Shown here: positions 33,885 to 44,138 of the stretch, piece by piece | How positions within the stretch are numbered: position 1 is the stretch's first letter | Layout of the letters: each line of letters opens with the position of its first letter | Virus record (IMG/VR): IMGVR_UViG_3300025093_000002 | Span: 28,089-92,088 of that record | Length of the DNA stretch: 64,000 nt | From: a virus | Reading direction: 5' to 3' (one strand) | Translations under genes and position numbers: made by a program | The notes under the pieces: model-generated | The model's database searches: none | The model's input: the letters and a program-made list of their open reading frames with translations, nothing else | What the model was told of the DNA's origin: nothing

Positions 33885-36825
33885 TGGTCCTCATATCGGG
33901 GGCGATCGCCAGGAGCGTGAATGGCAAAGGCAGATTGCCGCGCATGATCAACCTCGGGTCCGTATCGTACCCGCCGTCCATATCGAGAATTGTTTCCCCG
34001 GTGAACAACGGCACGGCCTCCCCCATCGGAACAGCGGCGTTGCGGAATGATTTGGCCCGAAGCGAGACCTTGTTGCCGACCTCGACGCCATAATCGAAAC
34101 TGGCCGAGTCCAGAAGGGTCAGACCAATCCGCGTCACGGTCTTGGTTTTCGCCACCGCCGTACCGGCCTGCGCGCCATAGGGCAGCTTCATGCCCCTCAG
34201 CACCCATTCATAGCCAAGTCCGACATGCGCGGTCATCGTCGCCCCAAGCCCGGCCTGATCGAGTGTGATCGACCCGCCCGTGACCACCTTGTCCTGCTGG
34301 ACCGCGCCGTCGACCACAACCTTGACCGTCTGGCCTTCGAGATGGCTAAGTCCGGTCAGCGTCGAGGTTGACGCGCCCTTATAGGTCAGCCCGCTATCGA
34401 CATAGAATGCGTCCGCCTGGCTTTCCCGCATATCGGTCAGAAACAGATCATGATCGAGATAGCGCGCCCGGTTCGGTCCTTCGAAGATGCCTTCCATCAT
34501 TTCAATGTAATGCACGGTATTCCCGTTGATGGTGCGGCGCACCACAAGCCACACTTCGTCGCGGCTGGTTGAGTCGTACACCTGCCCCGATGCGGCCGAC
34601 CCGCCCGGAATGACCGCCATCGACGTGACAAAGCCCGCACCGCCAAGCGTCCGCGTTGTCCAGCCTACCACGCCTTGCGAGCGCTTGTAGGTCATGCAGG
34701 CAAGGCTACCGTCGTTCAGCCGGCACCAGGCCGTTGACAGGGGTTCGGCCTGATACTCTATCTGCTCGATGCCGAGCGTGTTCATGTGCTCCGACAGGAT
34801 CGTCAGGTCAGATGCCCGGAAGCCTTCGATCTCGTAGGAGAACCCGATGTCATAGAGCGACCGTTTGGCGCGATGGACGTAAATGCCAACGTCATCGATC
34901 TGGATCGCTTCGATATCGGCACAGTCGACCGACGTGTGCTGCGCGGCGGAAATATCCGTTGGCGACAGCGCCGCGCCCTGACTGGAAAATGCCCAGTTGC
35001 CCGACGATGTGCCGACGACAAGTCGTCGGGTGCCGACGATCCACTGGATCGGGCTGATGCGTTTGGCCGCAAGCGTGGCGTTGATCGCGTCATCGGCCTC
35101 GACCGTAACTGCTCCCGCCTGCCACGAGTCAGGCCGCATGTTTTCGAAGCCGCGCGTTTGCGTTGCCCAGATGGTCTGCGGCGAAGCGCCCGTCCCGCCC
35201 ATCCACAAGCGCTGCTGAAAGAACGTTCCTGATTTCGGATAGCCGGTCGTCCCGGAGAAGGCTCCAAGCCGCCAGCTTTCAGTCGGCGTCGTTTCCGGCA
35301 ACTCGCGGAGCACCTGAACGGTGACGATGTGGGTGGTCGTGACCGCCGTGATCATCCCGTATCCCGGCTCGCGCCCAGGCCATTCCAGCCGGATCAGTCG
35401 TCCGACATCTGTGGACCTGAACACATCGGAAACACTGCCGGTCACGGACAGCGTGATCGACCCGGTTTTCGCGCTCGGGGCAAGCAGCCGTGACTGCGCC
35501 TGATAGCAGTAGCAGGCCCCGACGCCGCCGATGATCTCAAGGTCCTGATCGCCGGTGAAGCGCACGAAGAAGGTCGAAACGTCAGGCGTGAACGAGATGG
35601 AGTACCACCCTGCGCCATAGGTCGCCGCCGCTACGATTTCAGCGCCCGTGGCCGTGCTGCCAATGGCAAGCCGTATCTCGCCGCCGCCGACGATCTGGAA
35701 ATGCAGGACATGGACCGCGCCGGAATTGGCCGTCGAAGTCTGGTGCCGGATTTCCGCCGTACCGGCGTAATCGGCAGCCGAGGTCGGACTGATCGGAGAG
35801 CGGCGACGAAGAAACACAACACGCTGCGCCCGGTCATAATCGACATATCCGGTCCCGGTCACAACCTTGGTCCAGCCCGCAGCGCCGCTTTCGAAATTGA
35901 AGTTCGAAATGAGATTGGCTTCGCCCAGATTTACGCCGGGGTTGATGCCACCATAGGGGCCGTCCTCGAAAAAGACCTCGACCAAAGACCACGCCGCGTC
36001 GCCGCGCCGCTGAAGCTTGTGGACCGGCTTGTCCTCATGGAAAAGATACATCACGTCGAAGGACTGCGACGCCCGCAGTTTCTGCGCCTGATCGACAGTG
36101 TAGGGCGAGGCGATCTCGACCGGGACGTTCGACAGGAACATCACGTCATCAAAATAGACGGTGAACGCTTCCGCGTTGCGGAATTCGATGTGGACCGTTC
36201 CGGTTCCGGGGGTAAAGGCCACGGTATGCCAGCCGACGCCAAGTTCGGTCGCCACAGCAAGATCGGAAGTTCCGGCTGTCGTCCCGACGCGACAGGAGGC
36301 GCTGGCAAAGCTGTTGCCGAGCAGGCGGAAGCGCAGGACATGCACCGCGCCCTGAAACGACGCGCCGATGCTGATGGACTGACGCAGGGCCGAATAGCCG
36401 GACGATGTGCCGTTGAGCTGCGCGGCGGCTCGGGTGGAGTCCCATGCGACGGCACCGCCCCCTGTCGAGGCGTTCGTCCAGCCGGAAATGTCGGCGTTGA
36501 ACGTGCCGTTCGTGACCACGGCATCGGTCGTCGCGGCGACGATCTGGCCCTGGTTCTTGAAAAACCGCAGATAGCTTGTGCCGGCCTCGATGACATAGGA
36601 GCTTTCGGCGACTGGCTCAAAGCCGATCAGGCGCGCATTGCCGCTCTTGGTCTGGGCGATGTAGCGCGTTCCTGGTGCCGTCGTCAGGCCACCCTGCGGC
36701 AGGCAGATCAGGTTTTGCGCCCGCGAGACGGCCGCGCCGTACTTGTCGAAATCAACGCGCGCGTCCATGCGCGGCGACAGTTCCCCTGCGTTGAAAACAT
36801 TCTGAAGCGGTGAGGCGCGCGTCAT
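33871..36825 (-). CDS. Tail tubular protein B/nozzle (T7 gp12-like)
   Basis: FNAGELSP.M..R.D...PQGG...PGT; FFQQRL; PLPFTLLAI. Confidence 0.85.
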   Translation of the reverse strand: MTRASPLQNVFNAGELSPRMDARVDFDKYGAAVSRAQNLICLPQGGLTTAPGTRYIAQTKSGNARLIGFEPVAESSYVIEAGTSYLRFFKNQGQIVAATTDAVVTNGTFNADISGWTNASTGGGAVAWDSTRAAAQLNGTSSGYSALRQSISIGASFQGAVHVLRFRLLGNSFASASCRVGTTAGTSDLAVATELGVGWHTVAFTPGTGTVHIEFRNAEAFTVYFDDVMFLSNVPVEIASPYTVDQAQKLRASQSFDVMYLFHEDKPVHKLQRRGDAAWSLVEVFFEDGPYGGINPGVNLGEANLISNFNFESGAAGWTKVVTGTGYVDYDRAQRVVFLRRRSPISPTSAADYAGTAEIRHQTSTANSGAVHVLHFQIVGGGEIRLAIGSTATGAEIVAAATYGAGWYSISFTPDVSTFFVRFTGDQDLEIIGGVGACYCYQAQSRLLAPSAKTGSITLSVTGSVSDVFRSTDVGRLIRLEWPGREPGYGMITAVTTTHIVTVQVLRELPETTPTESWRLGAFSGTTGYPKSGTFFQQRLWMGGTGASPQTIWATQTRGFENMRPDSWQAGAVTVEADDAINATLAAKRISPIQWIVGTRRLVVGTSSGNWAFSSQGAALSPTDISAAQHTSVDCADIEAIQIDDVGIYVHRAKRSLYDIGFSYEIEGFRASDLTILSEHMNTLGIEQIEYQAEPLSTAWCRLNDGSLACMTYKRSQGVVGWTTRTLGGAGFVTSMAVIPGGSAASGQVYDSTSRDEVWLVVRRTINGNTVHYIEMMEGIFEGPNRARYLDHDLFLTDMRESQADAFYVDSGLTYKGASTSTLTGLSHLEGQTVKVVVDGAVQQDKVVTGGSITLDQAGLGATMTAHVGLGYEWVLRGMKLPYGAQAGTAVAKTKTVTRIGLTLLDSASFDYGVEVGNKVSLRAKSFRNAAVPMGEAVPLFTGETILDMDGGYDTDPRLIMRGNLPLPFTLLAIAPDMRTNERL

Positions 36826-37442
36826 TGGCGGTTGCCCCCGTGGTCACCGCCTCGGCTCATGGCCCACGAGCCGTCAGGCAGGCGCTCCGGATAGTCCTCG
36901 ACGCCGTCAATCGACCGGGCATGGCGCATCGCCTCCTTCAACTCGCCATCGACCAATTGATAGAGGCTGTTGGAATTGGCGGATGCCGTCGCGAAGACCT
37001 TTGCCAGACGCAGGATCAGCACCTGCCGGAAGCCCGGCCCCATCAGGTTCACGTCGGTCACCTGACGAACATAGCGCAGCCATAGATCGGGCGAATTGCA
37101 CAGGATCGCCGCGACATAGCCGTCCGTCTGGGCAAGGCTTTCCGCCTTGTACCGAACCGACCCGTGGCCGCCGTCATTGTCGTGGACGGAGACGATGCGC
37201 ATACAGTCGGATGGGGTCGTGAAGGCGTATTCGAACTCGAAGGGAGGCGCGTCGGACAGACGGGACAGCTTGCGCCGGGTGATGGCGAAGTTCCAGTTGT
37301 GCGAGCGCAGAAGATAATCGCGCTCCTGCGTCAGAACGTCGGACGCAATGCCCGCACTCGGAACCTCGTCGGCAATGTCGAGGATGCGCTGAGCGCCGAT
37401 CTTGCGCAGGGCGCTGTTCACGAGTTCGGTTTCGGTCGCCAT
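36822..37442 (-). CDS. Tail tubular protein A/adaptor (T7 gp11-like)
   Basis: N.AL..IG...HNWNFA...PSDC. Confidence 0.85.
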   Translation of the reverse strand: MATETELVNSALRKIGAQRILDIADEVPSAGIASDVLTQERDYLLRSHNWNFAITRRKLSRLSDAPPFEFEYAFTTPSDCMRIVSVHDNDGGHGSVRYKAESLAQTDGYVAAILCNSPDLWLRYVRQVTDVNLMGPGFRQVLILRLAKVFATASANSNSLYQLVDGELKEAMRHARSIDGVEDYPERLPDGSWAMSRGGDHGGNRQ

Positions 37443-37446
37443 TTGG

Positions 37447-37902
37447 TCAGGCCGCCTTGCCGTTGAACTGGGCCGCGAATTCTTCCGCCTCGGCCTTCGT
37501 CTTCAGTTGCTCAATGACGTTTCCGGCCGCGTCCTCGACCGCGAAGCCGCCGCCGAACTGCTTGCGCACGACATAGCCGGCAGAAGTCGCGGCGGTCGAC
37601 TTCTGCTCTTCGTAATCAACCATGACGATGTCGCCGACACGGACGATCTTGACCGCATCCGGGGCGCTTGACGCCACGCGGAGGGTGACAAAGGCGAGAA
37701 GCTTGGCCCCGCGCGCATCAAACTTGTCGAACTGGCAGACGGTGATGGAGTCGCCGGCGCGCAGCATCGACTGCACGCTGCGAAAGAAGTCGTCATTGAC
37801 GACATCCGCGATCGGCAGACACGTCCGGTACTGCCACGACTGCTGCCATGGCATCGCGTCGGACATGCACAGATCACCGGATTTCGCGCGGAAGTCGCTC
37901 AT
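37447..37902 (-). CDS. Hypothetical virion-region protein
   Basis: FFRSVQSMLRAGD motif; coupled ORF. Confidence 0.6.
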   Translation of the reverse strand: MSDFRAKSGDLCMSDAMPWQQSWQYRTCLPIADVVNDDFFRSVQSMLRAGDSITVCQFDKFDARGAKLLAFVTLRVASSAPDAVKIVRVGDIVMVDYEEQKSTAATSAGYVVRKQFGGGFAVEDAAGNVIEQLKTKAEAEEFAAQFNGKAA

Positions 37903-38207
37903 GCATCGTCTCTTTTCTTGATCTCAGCCCGGATGACGGCTTCCGCCACCTTGGCGTTGCGAATGGGTTTGTCGGAAAGGGATGCGGCAAGGGACCGCTT
38001 GGCATTGCCGTCCAGCGCTTCCCAATCGTTCGGGATGGCGACGGCTTCCTGGTCCTCGCGCGGCTCGACCGTGTTGAGCGTCGGGAGCTTCGCGTGAATG
38101 AATTCGAGTTCTTCGGGGGTAGCGGGCGTGATCAACTTGCCGCACCACACGAACAGCTCGTCCGTCGAGCGCTGTTGAAACACGCGATCAGCATCTACAG
38201 GCTGCAT
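37899..38207 (-). CDS. Hypothetical protein
   Basis: GGAG RBS; IPNDW motif. Confidence 0.55.
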   Translation of the reverse strand: MQPVDADRVFQQRSTDELFVWCGKLITPATPEELEFIHAKLPTLNTVEPREDQEAVAIPNDWEALDGNAKRSLAASLSDKPIRNAKVAEAVIRAEIKKRDDA

Positions 38208-38234
38208 GGCGGGACTCCGCTTAATGGCAAAGGG

Positions 38235-38261
38235 AAAAAGGGCGAGGCCGAAGCCCCGCCC
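38235..38261 (-). terminator. Intrinsic terminator after the capsid genes
   Basis: GGGCGGGGC-TTCG-GCCTCGCCC followed by TTTTT. Confidence 0.8.
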
Positions 38262-38269
38262 CTGTCGTG

Positions 38270-38683
38270 TCAGTCCTGGGCGTAAAGGAAGGTCAGCGCC
38301 ATCGTGCCGGACGCCGGGAGGGCAGCCGTGCCGATGGTGATGTAGACTTCCTCTTCGGCCGTGGTGGCGACATTCATCGCCGCCGTTTCGCCGAACACTT
38401 CCGGGACGGTCGTGGTCTTGGCGGCAGCAGCGCGATACTTGCCGGTTGAGCCGGCAACACCGATCGCCACCGTTGCGGTCGCAGTCGAGGCGCTGTTGTT
38501 GATCACGCCGCCAAGGAAGATCGAACCCTTCGGACGCTTCCACACGACGATGGTGTCGGCGGTGGTCTGCCCGGCGAAGGTGACGATCTCGGTGTGAACG
38601 CGAACCGTGCCGGCGGTCTTGCCGGGGGCCAGCGTGGTCCCGGCGTTGAGCGCCGTCTGGTTGACGCCGTAGAGAACAGCCAT
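38270..38683 (-). CDS. Capsid cement/decoration protein
   Basis: Thr/Ala-rich beta protein directly after the major capsid gene. Confidence 0.65.
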   Translation of the reverse strand: MAVLYGVNQTALNAGTTLAPGKTAGTVRVHTEIVTFAGQTTADTIVVWKRPKGSIFLGGVINNSASTATATVAIGVAGSTGKYRAAAAKTTTVPEVFGETAAMNVATTAEEEVYITIGTAALPASGTMALTFLYAQD

Positions 38684-38695
38684 GGTTCAGCTCCT

Positions 38696-39583
38696 TTACG
38701 AGGTCGGAAGGGCGGCGGTGTCGTCCACCGTGCCTTCAATGACGCCAGTGTCATCGATCAGTTTCGATCCACCAGACATCATATGGTTGACGAAGTGCGC
38801 GGCGCGGTCGCCGTGCCAAGTGATGTCCGCAGACACGGCCTGGTTCTGCGCCGCGTTGCCCGCATGGGCGCCGGTGGCGTAGCCAACGGACATCTTGTGC
38901 CATGCGAACACCTTGGCCGTGGCAGTGCCGCGACCGGGGCAGCCGCTATGGACCGTCCACAGAACGCCGAGCCAGTTCTTGAACCGACCGATCGGCGCGC
39001 CTTCCGAGAAAGGAAGACCCGTTGACCCGACATAGTCGGCGCTGGCGAAAGACTCGACCTTCATCGCGAAAGCCCATGCCTTCGGCGTCAATGCGCCGTA
39101 GCGCATTCCGTCGTTCGGCACGTCATTGGCGTCGAGGGCCTGCACCATGTTGAGAAGCGCGTTCTCGATGGCAGCCTTCGACGTGACGGTCCAGGCAATC
39201 GCCGTCTGCGCGGTGGCGTCCAGTTCGGTGAAGATCTGGTCGTCAACCTTGCGGCCGAGAGCCGCAGCGCCGCCCATGGCGATCGCCATGCGCTCATCGA
39301 TGTTGGTCTTGGCCTCGTCCAGCTTGTCGACCCAATCGCCGGCGTAGAAGTCGGCGAGCGTGCATTCAAGCGCGGTGTGGTCCTGGTTCATCGGCGTGAT
39401 GACGCCGTGACGGGCCTTGGTCGTCGCCGCACCCTTGCCGACCTTCTGGAAGGTGGTGGACTTGCCGACAACGTTGTCCTTCACGCGGACGGTCGGACGC
39501 AGGAAGCTGCCCTGCCTCTGGAATACCGCGTGGGTTTCCTGTTCGTATTGCCGCACAAAGGCGGCATCAATGCTCGTGCTCAT
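38696..39583 (-). CDS. Major capsid protein
   Basis: MSTSIDAAFVRQY...FQ..GS..R; ALGRKVD; strong AAGGAG RBS. Confidence 0.88.
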   Translation of the reverse strand: MSTSIDAAFVRQYEQETHAVFQRQGSFLRPTVRVKDNVVGKSTTFQKVGKGAATTKARHGVITPMNQDHTALECTLADFYAGDWVDKLDEAKTNIDERMAIAMGGAAALGRKVDDQIFTELDATAQTAIAWTVTSKAAIENALLNMVQALDANDVPNDGMRYGALTPKAWAFAMKVESFASADYVGSTGLPFSEGAPIGRFKNWLGVLWTVHSGCPGRGTATAKVFAWHKMSVGYATGAHAGNAAQNQAVSADITWHGDRAAHFVNHMMSGGSKLIDDTGVIEGTVDDTAALPTS

Positions 39584-39789
39584 CTCTTATCTCCTTGGTT
39601 GAGCAGGAGTGATCGGGATGGCAAAGCGTCAGTGGGCCGCCGCGCGGGGCACAGTGGGCCGCCTTGGGGCGGGTTGTGCCGTCGCTCGTCAGGGTGTCGC
39701 TGTGCTGGTGGGGGATGGCCTTCGCCGGGGCGCCGTTGAGGCGGTGGGCCGGCTACGGCCAGAAACTATCCGTCACGCGGACGGAATTC

Positions 39790-40218
39790 TTATTGCAGGA
39801 CGCAGGCGGCGACGGTGGCCGTGACTGCCGGCGTGGTGCCGCCGATGACACTGATGACGCGCCATGAGCGCGGCAGAACGTTGTTGGCGACGACGTTGGC
39901 CGCCGCCGTCAGGCCGGGATAGATCGTAAGCACCGTCGTTCCCACAGCCGTCAGCGCGGCACTGGCGAGCAGCGTGTAATATTTGCCAGACACCGGGTCC
40001 TTGCCCTGAATGGTCACGGTCAACGTCGGGCTGGTGCCGGTGATCGCGGTAATGTCGATCACGAGAGCCATCCCGCGCCCGCGCCTGTTGGTCTGATCCG
40101 ACCCGTTGACGCCGGCAGAGGCCGCCGAATGCGCGATCAGCGCAGTGGTCTCGACATGCCATGTCGGAAGAACCGTGCCATCTGCCTCGCACGATACGGA
40201 CTGCGGGAACACTGTCAT
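39790..40218 (-). CDS. Putative head decoration/virion protein
   Basis: Thr/Ala-rich beta-sandwich between scaffold and capsid. Confidence 0.55.
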   Translation of the reverse strand: MTVFPQSVSCEADGTVLPTWHVETTALIAHSAASAGVNGSDQTNRRGRGMALVIDITAITGTSPTLTVTIQGKDPVSGKYYTLLASAALTAVGTTVLTIYPGLTAAANVVANNVLPRSWRVISVIGGTTPAVTATVAACVLQ

Positions 40219-40230
40219 GGCGCGCTTTCC

Positions 40231-41232
40231 TTATACGCTGCGGCCAGCGGCGCCGACGATGGCCCCGTTGCCGTGAAGTTTCTCGCTCAGGTCGCGAATG
40301 CGTTTCTGGACGCCCGGATCGCGGTATTTCTCCGTTCCGGGCGGGTTGGCGCGCATGATCTCGTTGATCTGCTCCTGGATGGACGACCGTTCGTCCGCAG
40401 ACGCCGCGCCGATAAAGCCGCTCTCGTCCATGCGCCGCCCCAGATTGCCAAACATGCGGATCAGGTCAGGGTGATCCCCGAGCTTCTGTCCGTTGACAAT
40501 GGTGTTTTCCAGAAGGTTGATGAAGTCGGGCGAGGCATGGGATTTCACGACACGGCCGGCCAGATTGAAATTGGCGTCGTAATCCGCCCCCCATTCCTTG
40601 CGCAGTGTGGCCTGCGATGCCTCGCGGGCCGATGTGGCGACACGCTCGGCTTCGGCGGTGGCCTCGGCCGCAAGGTCGTTCCATGCCTTGTTCAGGGCCT
40701 TCGCCTGGGACGCAGGAACGCCGGTCTCGTGCATGATCGCCGCCATGCGGTCCTGAAACGCCTTGTCGGCCTCCGTCGCCTCGACGCCTTCGGGCATTTC
40801 GAACTGGTAGCCGGTCTTGTCGTCGGGTACGCCGAGCGCTTTGCGGAACGCGGCCTTTTCCTCGTCGGACGATCCCTCGCCGGGAGGCTGGACGCCCTTG
40901 GACAGCTTCTGCCGGAACTCGAACGCGGCTTTGGTCAGATCGGCGGCTGAGGCGAACTTGCCCGCGAACTCGCGCAGCTTCTCGTCCTCAATGCTGGCGC
41001 GCCAGTCCTGTTCCTGCGTCTTGCCAGCGTCGCCAGAGCCTTGACCCGCCTGGGATGCAGCCTCGCCCGTTTTCCCTTCGTCCGCCTTTCCGGCGTCCGT
41101 ATTGGCCGCGTCGCCGGAACCTGCATCCCCGCCACCGCCCGCACCGTCTTCAGGGGCGAATACAATTCGCGGTCCTACGGTTGCGGACGCAAGCCACGCC
41201 AATGAACCGCTCTGCTTGAGCTTTTCCGTCAT
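40231..41232 (-). CDS. Capsid scaffolding protein
   Basis: Acidic N-terminus; ALGVPD; LRKEWGADY; GDHPDLI. Confidence 0.8.
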   Translation of the reverse strand: MTEKLKQSGSLAWLASATVGPRIVFAPEDGAGGGGDAGSGDAANTDAGKADEGKTGEAASQAGQGSGDAGKTQEQDWRASIEDEKLREFAGKFASAADLTKAAFEFRQKLSKGVQPPGEGSSDEEKAAFRKALGVPDDKTGYQFEMPEGVEATEADKAFQDRMAAIMHETGVPASQAKALNKAWNDLAAEATAEAERVATSAREASQATLRKEWGADYDANFNLAGRVVKSHASPDFINLLENTIVNGQKLGDHPDLIRMFGNLGRRMDESGFIGAASADERSSIQEQINEIMRANPPGTEKYRDPGVQKRIRDLSEKLHGNGAIVGAAGRSV

Positions 41233-41531
41233 GTGTCACCATTTGGTTGATCGGAGTCTTCGGGCGGCGGGACAGCGGCCCACGCCGATATGATTGCACC
41301 CACGCGACGCATCCCGGCCCGGAAGGCCAGTTTCGCGTGGCTCTCTGCGTCCATCTCCGAAAGCAGCCCGCCTTCGGAATAGTCGATGATCTGCGAAAGC
41401 ACCCGCTTGCCCTGCTCGGAGCCGAACACGGCCCGGAAGTCTCGGTAGCGGTCGAGACGGGTATAGCCGCCGCGTCCAACCCTGACCGGACGCAGCGCCT
41501 CGATGAAATCGGCGATGTCCTGGTCGTTCAC
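41229..41531 (-). CDS. Bbp19-like head protein
   Basis: VFGSEQGKRVL...AFRAGMR. Confidence 0.7.
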   Translation of the reverse strand: MNDQDIADFIEALRPVRVGRGGYTRLDRYRDFRAVFGSEQGKRVLSQIIDYSEGGLLSEMDAESHAKLAFRAGMRRVGAIISAWAAVPPPEDSDQPNGDT

Positions 41532-43171
41532 TGCGCCGCCGCCATGGAGATGTTCTTGTCCATTTCACTCAGCGTCTTGCCGGTTTGCGCCATCTGCCCA
41601 ACACCCGCCATGCCTGCCGCCTGCGCCTGCGCCTCTGCTCTCTGCTGGCGAAACGCCTCGACCTGATCTCGCGGCTTCAGCCATTTGTTCGGCGTCGAGA
41701 ACATGTCGGGAAGATCGCGCACGATTTCGTCGGCGTCGAAATTATCATAGACGGACGGGTCAATCGCTCCGATGGGGGCGATGAACTCAAGGCTTCGCGC
41801 CAACGCCGCCGCCTCGATCTGCTTGCGGGCCTGCTGGATCGGACTCATATATTCGAAAGCCACGTCCTGCCCCTGCAAAGCTTTCGGAACGGGCGGCAGC
41901 GCGCCGGCGCGGAGCATGATGCCGAAGACGCGCTCGACCGTATGGCCGATATAGCTCGCCTCCAACTGCCCCATGACAGGGCCGATGGTACGCAGGAATT
42001 CTTCCTTGCGCTCCATCACTTCGGTCGCCGTCATCTGACGACCCTCGACCGGCAGATTGAATACATTCTTGAAGAACGCCGCCTCGACCATCGAGCGGTA
42101 GTCCATCTGCATGTCGCGGCCGATCGGGATGTTGGCCCCTACGTCAAGCTGTCCCATGGGTCGCCCGCCCGTCTGGCGAACGATCTCCGAGTCAACCACG
42201 GTCAAGCCGCCTGGAAAGGTGCGAACGGCCGACAGGACGCCATCATCGGCAATCCAGATCGGCGGATCGACGGCGCGTTGACCGCCGACGAGAAGCGTAT
42301 GCCCCATCGCCTGAAGCGTGCGCGCATCGGGCAGCGCGATCATGGCCGGTGAACGGGGGTAGATTTCGCCCGGCGCGAGTTCCCATCGCGGCGTTGAAAT
42401 GGGCAATTCGTCAAAGCCGCCGGTCTCGACAATCTCCTGGTCCTCGACGGAAACAATCTTCGAGGCGAAGCGCTTGTTCGGCTGATCCTTCTTGCGCGGG
42501 TCATATTCGTGGCGCGGGGAAATGCACTGCACGAACTCGAATGTCTTCGGCGCGTTGCCCGCCTTGGCCGGGTTCTTGAGTTCCTCCGCGACCTTGGCCG
42601 GGAGTTGGTCGCCGAAACGCTGCTGCGCCTGACGCGCGGTAAAGCGCCGGGTCAGCGTATAGGTATCGACCAGGCCGTCCGAATTCTCATCGAACGCCAC
42701 ATCGCCAATGAACAGCGCCTTGAAGGTCAGCCCGTTGCGGGCCGCGTTTTCCACAATCCACAAGTGACCGAGACCGAACGTCGCAAGGTCGCTGTCCACG
42801 GCCCCGGATGCTTCGATGAACCGGGCGCGCGGGTTGTAGATCGCCCGCCACATGCGGTCCTGCACGTCATCGAACCACGTCTTGACCTCATCAAGGTCGT
42901 TCAACCTTTCATCGCCGGCAGCCATCCAGAACCAGCGCGTGGTGGACGGCTTCAACAGCCCGTCGATCGCAGTCGCCAGTCCGCGACGCGCCTGCATCGG
43001 CGTGGTGTCGTAAAGCTCGCGCGACGACTCCCTGCCCGGAACCATCGGCATGGTGAACTGCGCCTGGTTCGGCAGGAATATCTGAGCCAATTCCTGCCAC
43101 AGCGGCCGCCACTGGTCACGGCGCGCGGCAAGGCTCTTGTGGCGGTCCAGGATGTCAATCGCTTCGGACAA
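41528..43171 (-). CDS. Portal (head-tail connector, T7 gp8-like)
   Basis: LYDTT; EIYPRSPAM; MTATEVMER. Confidence 0.9.
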   Translation of the reverse strand: MSEAIDILDRHKSLAARRDQWRPLWQELAQIFLPNQAQFTMPMVPGRESSRELYDTTPMQARRGLATAIDGLLKPSTTRWFWMAAGDERLNDLDEVKTWFDDVQDRMWRAIYNPRARFIEASGAVDSDLATFGLGHLWIVENAARNGLTFKALFIGDVAFDENSDGLVDTYTLTRRFTARQAQQRFGDQLPAKVAEELKNPAKAGNAPKTFEFVQCISPRHEYDPRKKDQPNKRFASKIVSVEDQEIVETGGFDELPISTPRWELAPGEIYPRSPAMIALPDARTLQAMGHTLLVGGQRAVDPPIWIADDGVLSAVRTFPGGLTVVDSEIVRQTGGRPMGQLDVGANIPIGRDMQMDYRSMVEAAFFKNVFNLPVEGRQMTATEVMERKEEFLRTIGPVMGQLEASYIGHTVERVFGIMLRAGALPPVPKALQGQDVAFEYMSPIQQARKQIEAAALARSLEFIAPIGAIDPSVYDNFDADEIVRDLPDMFSTPNKWLKPRDQVEAFRQQRAEAQAQAAGMAGVGQMAQTGKTLSEMDKNISMAAAQ

Positions 43172-43238
43172 GGGCGCTCACCATGCAAAAAGGCCCCGCG
43201 TGAAACGGAGCCTTGGGAAGTTCAGGAAAGATCGGGCT

Positions 43239-43472
43239 TTAGCTGCTGGCCGAACCGAGCAGTGTGGATCGCTTGACGGAGCCGGATTGCGAACCGACCG
43301 CGCCGAGGCCGGTCAGCATCGTGTCGTCTTCGCCATTGGGCGAGCGGCGGCGGCGTTCCTCGCGCACCATGGTTTCGCCGGCGCCGTCACTGACGCGGGG
43401 CGTTGCCGGGGTCGCTCGCGGCATGAACTGCGGGCGTTTGGCGGCAGAACCGCCTCCGAACATGAAGCTCAT
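43239..43472 (-). CDS. Small virion protein preceding the portal
   Basis: Ends ...TMLTG...STLLG. Confidence 0.6.
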   Translation of the reverse strand: MSFMFGGGSAAKRPQFMPRATPATPRVSDGAGETMVREERRRRSPNGEDDTMLTGLGAVGSQSGSVKRSTLLGSASS

Positions 43473-43661
43473 GATGTCATCTCCAATAGCGATGGGGATT
43501 GTGCTGCAAGGTGTTTTCAATGCGGGGCAGTTGCCGGGGCCGCGTCCATTCCGTCACGACGTTGCCGCCGACAAAGGGCGTCGCCTCGTCGCGTTCGGCC
43601 CGGTAGCTGTCCAGAGAGTAACCGTCCCAGCCGTTGGCGCGTTCCTCGCGGGTCACGTCCA

Positions 43662-44138
43662 TCAGTGAACGGTCGCCTCACGAACGGCACGCATCGCAGC
43701 CTCGGGACCGATTTGGTTGATGATGCGGTCGCACTCGTCGTCCGTCAGAAGACCGCCATTATTGGCCTTGGCCCATACACGCCGCGTCACCTTGCGCAGC
43801 ATGGCCAAGTCCTTCGGTTCCAGATCGAGCAGGAAGGACGACCCATTCCCGTCAAGACTGCGAAGGGCAACCACCGTCGCCTCCGCTAACATCAGACGCA
43901 CGTCCGACCCTGAAACGTGGTCCGGCACCTGCGGCACACGATCCTCGCCCGGGCGCTTGATGGTGAACACAATCGGCCCGACCAGAACATCCTTGTCCGA
44001 CGCCGCCTTGTTGAGCGAGTTCGGGCAGTCGACATCCTGCCAGCGCTTCACATGCTCTTCGCTCTCGGTTCCGGTCAGCCAGATCGCGCATTCGAGAACG
44101 TCGCCTACTTTGACATCAGCCACGGAAAGCTCCTGCAT
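43662..44138 (-). CDS. Hypothetical protein
   Basis: Overlaps the end of terL. Confidence 0.55.
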   Translation of the reverse strand: MQELSVADVKVGDVLECAIWLTGTESEEHVKRWQDVDCPNSLNKAASDKDVLVGPIVFTIKRPGEDRVPQVPDHVSGSDVRLMLAEATVVALRSLDGNGSSFLLDLEPKDLAMLRKVTRRVWAKANNGGLLTDDECDRIINQIGPEAAMRAVREATVH

